The notes under the pieces: model-generated
Told to the model about the DNA's origin: nothing
Database searches by the model: none
Seen by the model: the letters and a program-made list of their open reading frames with translations, nothing else
Program-made: the position numbers and the translations under genes
Shown: piece by piece, positions 17,598-20,000 of the stretch
How the letters are laid out: every line of letters begins with the position of its first letter
Numbering within the stretch: the stretch's first letter is position 1
Assembly: GCA_018649885.1 (NCBI GenBank)
Contig: JABIHA010000121.1
Span: 60,983 to 80,982 of the forward strand
Origin: Bacteriovoracaceae bacterium
GTDB taxonomy: Bacteria > Bdellovibrionota > Bacteriovoracia > Bacteriovoracales > Bacteriovoracaceae
Length of the DNA: 20,000 nt
Reading direction: 5' to 3'

Positions 17598-18167
17598 CTA
17601 TCTTCCCCCGCATACAAGATTATTTGAGGTTTGATTTCTACCACTTAACAAATTATTAGTGGGATTTAAATTACCAGAACTTCGTTTACCTGGAGTATAT
17701 AACAATTCAGATCCACTAGCATCATTTATTATTTTAGCCGAGCTATTGGTTATTGCATTCAAGAAAGAATATGCTCCAGCAGCCCCTGCAAGAAGTCCAA
17801 CTCTAATGGTCGCGGGATTTTTTGAGGTTGCTGCAACTCCAAAACCAAATACTGCCGTAGCCCCAGAAACAGCAATCCGGGTCGATCTTTGTACTTTTGG
17901 ATCAGCTGCAACTTTTTGAGCTTTTTTTACAGTTGCTTTGATTTCATCTTTGTAAATATATGTTGCAACTGTAACAGCGACAGCACCTAATACCGCTAAT
18001 AAGCTAACATTTCCACTCGGGTCTACAAACTCAGATGGATTATTAAGTGCATATCTATAAAGGTTTGTGTCACCACCGTACAATCCACTAGGATCAAGCG
18101 AAAGAAATCGAGCAGAATTAGGATCATACGGACTATCAGGAAAATTTAGGGCTACAGCCATACTCAT
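17598..18167 (-). CDS. Orphan Rhs fragment: end of the Rhs core plus a variable, hydrophobic C-terminal toxin
   Basis: YDPNSARFLSLDPSGLYGGDTNLYRYALNNPSEFVDPSG is the Rhs-associated core signature ending in DPxG. The main YD-repeat body is absent. The CT has Gly/Ala-rich hydrophobic helices. Confidence 0.85.
   Translation of the reverse strand: MSMAVALNFPDSPYDPNSARFLSLDPSGLYGGDTNLYRYALNNPSEFVDPSGNVSLLAVLGAVAVTVATYIYKDEIKATVKKAQKVAADPKVQRSTRIAVSGATAVFGFGVAATSKNPATIRVGLLAGAAGAYSFLNAITNSSAKIINDASGSELLYTPGKRSSGNLNPTNNLLSGRNQTSNNLVCGGR
18126..18137 (+). repeat. Right copy of direct repeat ATAYGGACTATC, at the Rhs homology breakpoint
   Basis: ATACGGACTATC. Its ATA is the antisense of the Tyr codon that begins the recognisable 'YDP' Rhs motif. 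Confidence 0.5.
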
Positions 18168-18287
18168 ACTAACTCACTAAAATTAAAAATATTTTTGCAG
18201 TTATATTTTATCATGTAGCCTTCAAATTTTTTGCATTTTATTGAGCTTTTTTTAATTTTTGGCCATATTCTGGCCATTTTAAAGACC

Positions 18288-19523
18288 TTAGCTCCCACTT
18301 ATCAGCCTTTGCCGATACCCAAAACCTATTCGAGTATTTGCAATCGGAGAACCCGCAGTCAAATTTCCTGCTGTAGCTTGAATTAGATACCTATAATCAA
18401 GTATCCACTCTTTGAAAAAAGGGTTAGCAAAATAATACTGTCCATTAGGCTTATAAATATATTCTTTCTTTTCCAAGGCATTTAGAGCATTTGTAACTGC
18501 ACCGGGGCTTTTAACTCCAATCGTTTTTTGAAAGGCCTTTCCAAAGAATTTTATATCATTTTGTTCTTGTGCCCCTGCAAGCTGGACTATTAGGTTTTTT
18601 TGCACTTTTGTTAGCTCTTTTCCATCGAGAATATTTTTAAAATACTTTTGCTCATTCTTATAAATTATTTCTAAAACAACAAAAAAAGCCTCAATATTTA
18701 GGTGAGTTCCCTCTGGTAAACTATCAAAGGCCACTCGGCAAAAAGTTTGAATATCTCCAGTAACACCGTAGCAAATTTGGTAAAGGTAATCATAGGCATC
18801 TTGCTCTAAAATGATCTTTTTTTTCTTAAAACGGGTCGATATAAACTTATAGAAAATATCTGCCTCTATATGCTCGAAATAGATAATTTCAGCTTGTTTA
18901 AAGAAAGGAGAGCTTTGATCTCTAAAGATGTGATCCATTTCATGCCTGATACTACCTACATACATAAAGGGGATTCTCGTAATTTTTTGAATTTTTCCCC
19001 TCATATACTTGAGTATTGCCTCGCCGTTTTCTACCTCTTTAATCGCTTGAAATTCATCGAATAAAATAACTACTTTCCCCTTAGTTCTTTTTACTGTTTC
19101 GTTCAAAAACTCAAAGGCAACATTCAATGTTTTTTTATATTCTTGTCCTTTTGTTCCAACACCAAAAGAAACCCCACTCTCTGTTATATCGAATTTGGGA
19201 GTTAAACGGCTTGCTAAATCTAAAACTTTCTTGCCATCCCAAACATGGCTTAAAACCTTCATACAGGCATCTATAATGGATTCAGCTATATCAGACGGTT
19301 CGGTAATATGATAAAGGTCTATATCCACCTTATAATAACCTTTCATCCCATCAATTACATGATGGGCGGTGGAAGTTTTGCCAATTCTTCGATCACCAAT
19401 GAGTGCTAAGTTGTGACCGCTTTCTAGCTTTTTTAAGATTTTTTCTTCTACCTCTTTTCTAGGGCAGTAATCTCCCTTTGATACGATGGAATCATCAATA
19501 AATGGGTTTTTTGCTCTATTCAC
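18288..19523 (-). CDS. AAA+/STAND-like 'archaeal-type' ATPase with C-terminal winged helix
   Basis: N-terminal NPF...REV, Walker A GDRRIGKT, Walker B VVILFDEFQ and GS sensor. The C-terminal 'AVTNALNALEKKEYI...YYFANPFFKEW' is wHTH-like. GTG start with a purine-rich RBS. Confidence 0.85.
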   Translation of the reverse strand: MNRAKNPFIDDSIVSKGDYCPRKEVEEKILKKLESGHNLALIGDRRIGKTSTAHHVIDGMKGYYKVDIDLYHITEPSDIAESIIDACMKVLSHVWDGKKVLDLASRLTPKFDITESGVSFGVGTKGQEYKKTLNVAFEFLNETVKRTKGKVVILFDEFQAIKEVENGEAILKYMRGKIQKITRIPFMYVGSIRHEMDHIFRDQSSPFFKQAEIIYFEHIEADIFYKFISTRFKKKKIILEQDAYDYLYQICYGVTGDIQTFCRVAFDSLPEGTHLNIEAFFVVLEIIYKNEQKYFKNILDGKELTKVQKNLIVQLAGAQEQNDIKFFGKAFQKTIGVKSPGAVTNALNALEKKEYIYKPNGQYYFANPFFKEWILDYRYLIQATAGNLTAGSPIANTRIGFGYRQRLISGS

Positions 19524-19537
19524 ACGCTTTCCCTTCT

Positions 19538-19615
19538 TTACTCAGATTTGAGTAATTTTTTATTATCTTACTCGAAATTGAGTAAAATATCAATTTTTTA
19601 CTCTAACTTGAGTAA
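19538..19615. promoter_or_regulatory. Three palindromic operators TTACTC-N6-GAGTAA at exact 30-bp spacing
   Basis: Copies at 19538-19555, 19568-19585 and 19598-19615, directly upstream of the ATPase start. Confidence 0.8.
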
Positions 19616-19739
19616 AATAGAGGGTGGCTCATTTAGTCATTTTAAAGGGTTAGATACTATACTCCGGCCCTTCCCAAAAAGGCCGTTTTTCCTGTAGGCC
19701 ATTAATAATGAGAATTATCTCAAATTTCAGGAGGCAAAA

Positions 19740-19904
19740 ATGCAATCAATAATCAACTTAATTATGACCATTGTTACTGTTCTCTCACTTCAACATGGAC
19801 TACCAAAAATCTACAATTTTGTGAGGTACGAGGCATTGAAAAAAGTTAGTCAGGGACTTCCTGGTTTTAGCAGTCCAATAGTCACCCGGGTAAGTGCCAT
19901 TTAA
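19740..19904 (+). CDS. Small membrane protein (54 aa) whose C-terminus is probably replaced by IS sequence
   Basis: Strong RBS AGGAGG. Translation MQSIINLIMTIVTVLSLQHGLPKIYNFVRYEALKKVSQGLP|GFSSPIVTRVSAI*; the last 13 residues lie in the putative IS end. Confidence 0.55.
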   Translation: MQSIINLIMTIVTVLSLQHGLPKIYNFVRYEALKKVSQGLPGFSSPIVTRVSAI

Positions 19905-20000
19905 CGGCCTAAAAGTCACCCACCTCACATTTTGATATGACACGAAGCTTAATAGCATCCCGTTGTATCGGAGGAGGAGTGATTAGTATGGATATGTATG
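19862..20000 (+). mobile_element. Probable left end of an IS21-family insertion sequence, continuing beyond the window
   Basis: Begins with TG. Two subterminal direct repeats, TTTAGCAGTCCAATAGTCACCC (19866-87) and TTTAACGGCCTAAAAGTCACCC (19900-21), are 17/22 identical, as expected for IS21 ends. They are followed by RBS GGAGGAGG and a frame start (V)ISMDMY resembling IstA N-termini. Confidence 0.55.
19988..20000 (+). CDS. Start of a putative IstA transposase (partial)
   Basis: ATG GAT ATG TAT G follows GGAGGAGG. Only 4 codons are visible, and an alternative GTG start lies at 19979. Confidence 0.35.

Noticed and set aside
2051..19064. Short overlapping or antisense ORFs in the track (e.g. 2051, 2706, 6648, 6718, 7151, 9182, 11284, 12964, 13481, 13567, 13765, 14264, 15273, 15762, 16351, 17659, 18870)
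   Set aside because: They are shadow ORFs overlapping well-supported genes and have no recognisable motifs.
19538..19615. Mini CRISPR array
   Set aside because: The repeats are 18 bp with variable centres, the 'spacers' are only 12 bp, and no cas genes are present. This fits operators better.
19704..19722. Fur-box-like AATAATGAGAATTATCTCA
   Set aside because: Only about 12/19 identity to consensus in AT-rich DNA, with no iron-related gene nearby.
18160..19990. Inverted similarity CATACTAACTCACT (18160) vs AGTGATTAGTATG (19978) as element ends flanking the ATPase
   Set aside because: The match needs an indel, and the right copy is better explained as the translation start inside the IS21-like end. 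Probably coincidence.

Overview
AT-rich bacterial window. The many signal-peptide-bearing hypothetical proteins suggest a Bdellovibrionota/Bacteriovoracia-like genome (inference only). Bases 1-17000 are mostly ordinary chromosomal genes: a membrane protein fragment, a Zn-ribbon SAM methyltransferase, a GAF-Fis HTH regulator with no AAA+ domain, a very basic secreted protein, a KirBac K+ channel, an alpha/beta hydrolase, a phosphate-related cluster (metallophosphoesterase, PhoR-like kinase, Vibrio-type alkaline phosphatase), a 1218-aa secreted repeat protein and a trypsin-like lipoprotein protease. From about 17000 the window looks like an accessory or mobile region. The protease appears cut at an ATAYGGACTATC direct repeat, which recurs 1130 bp later exactly where an orphan Rhs toxin tip begins. 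Between the two copies lie a GC-richer, highly structured candidate ncRNA of about 243 nt (with its own promoter-like sequence and paired ends) and an Rhs-CT/immunity pair. Next come an AAA+ ATPase-wHTH gene preceded by three palindromic operators at exact 30-bp spacing, and a small membrane ORF apparently interrupted by the left end of an IS21-like element at the window edge. The ncRNA and the repeat-bounded Rhs cassette are the best candidates for an undescribed system.
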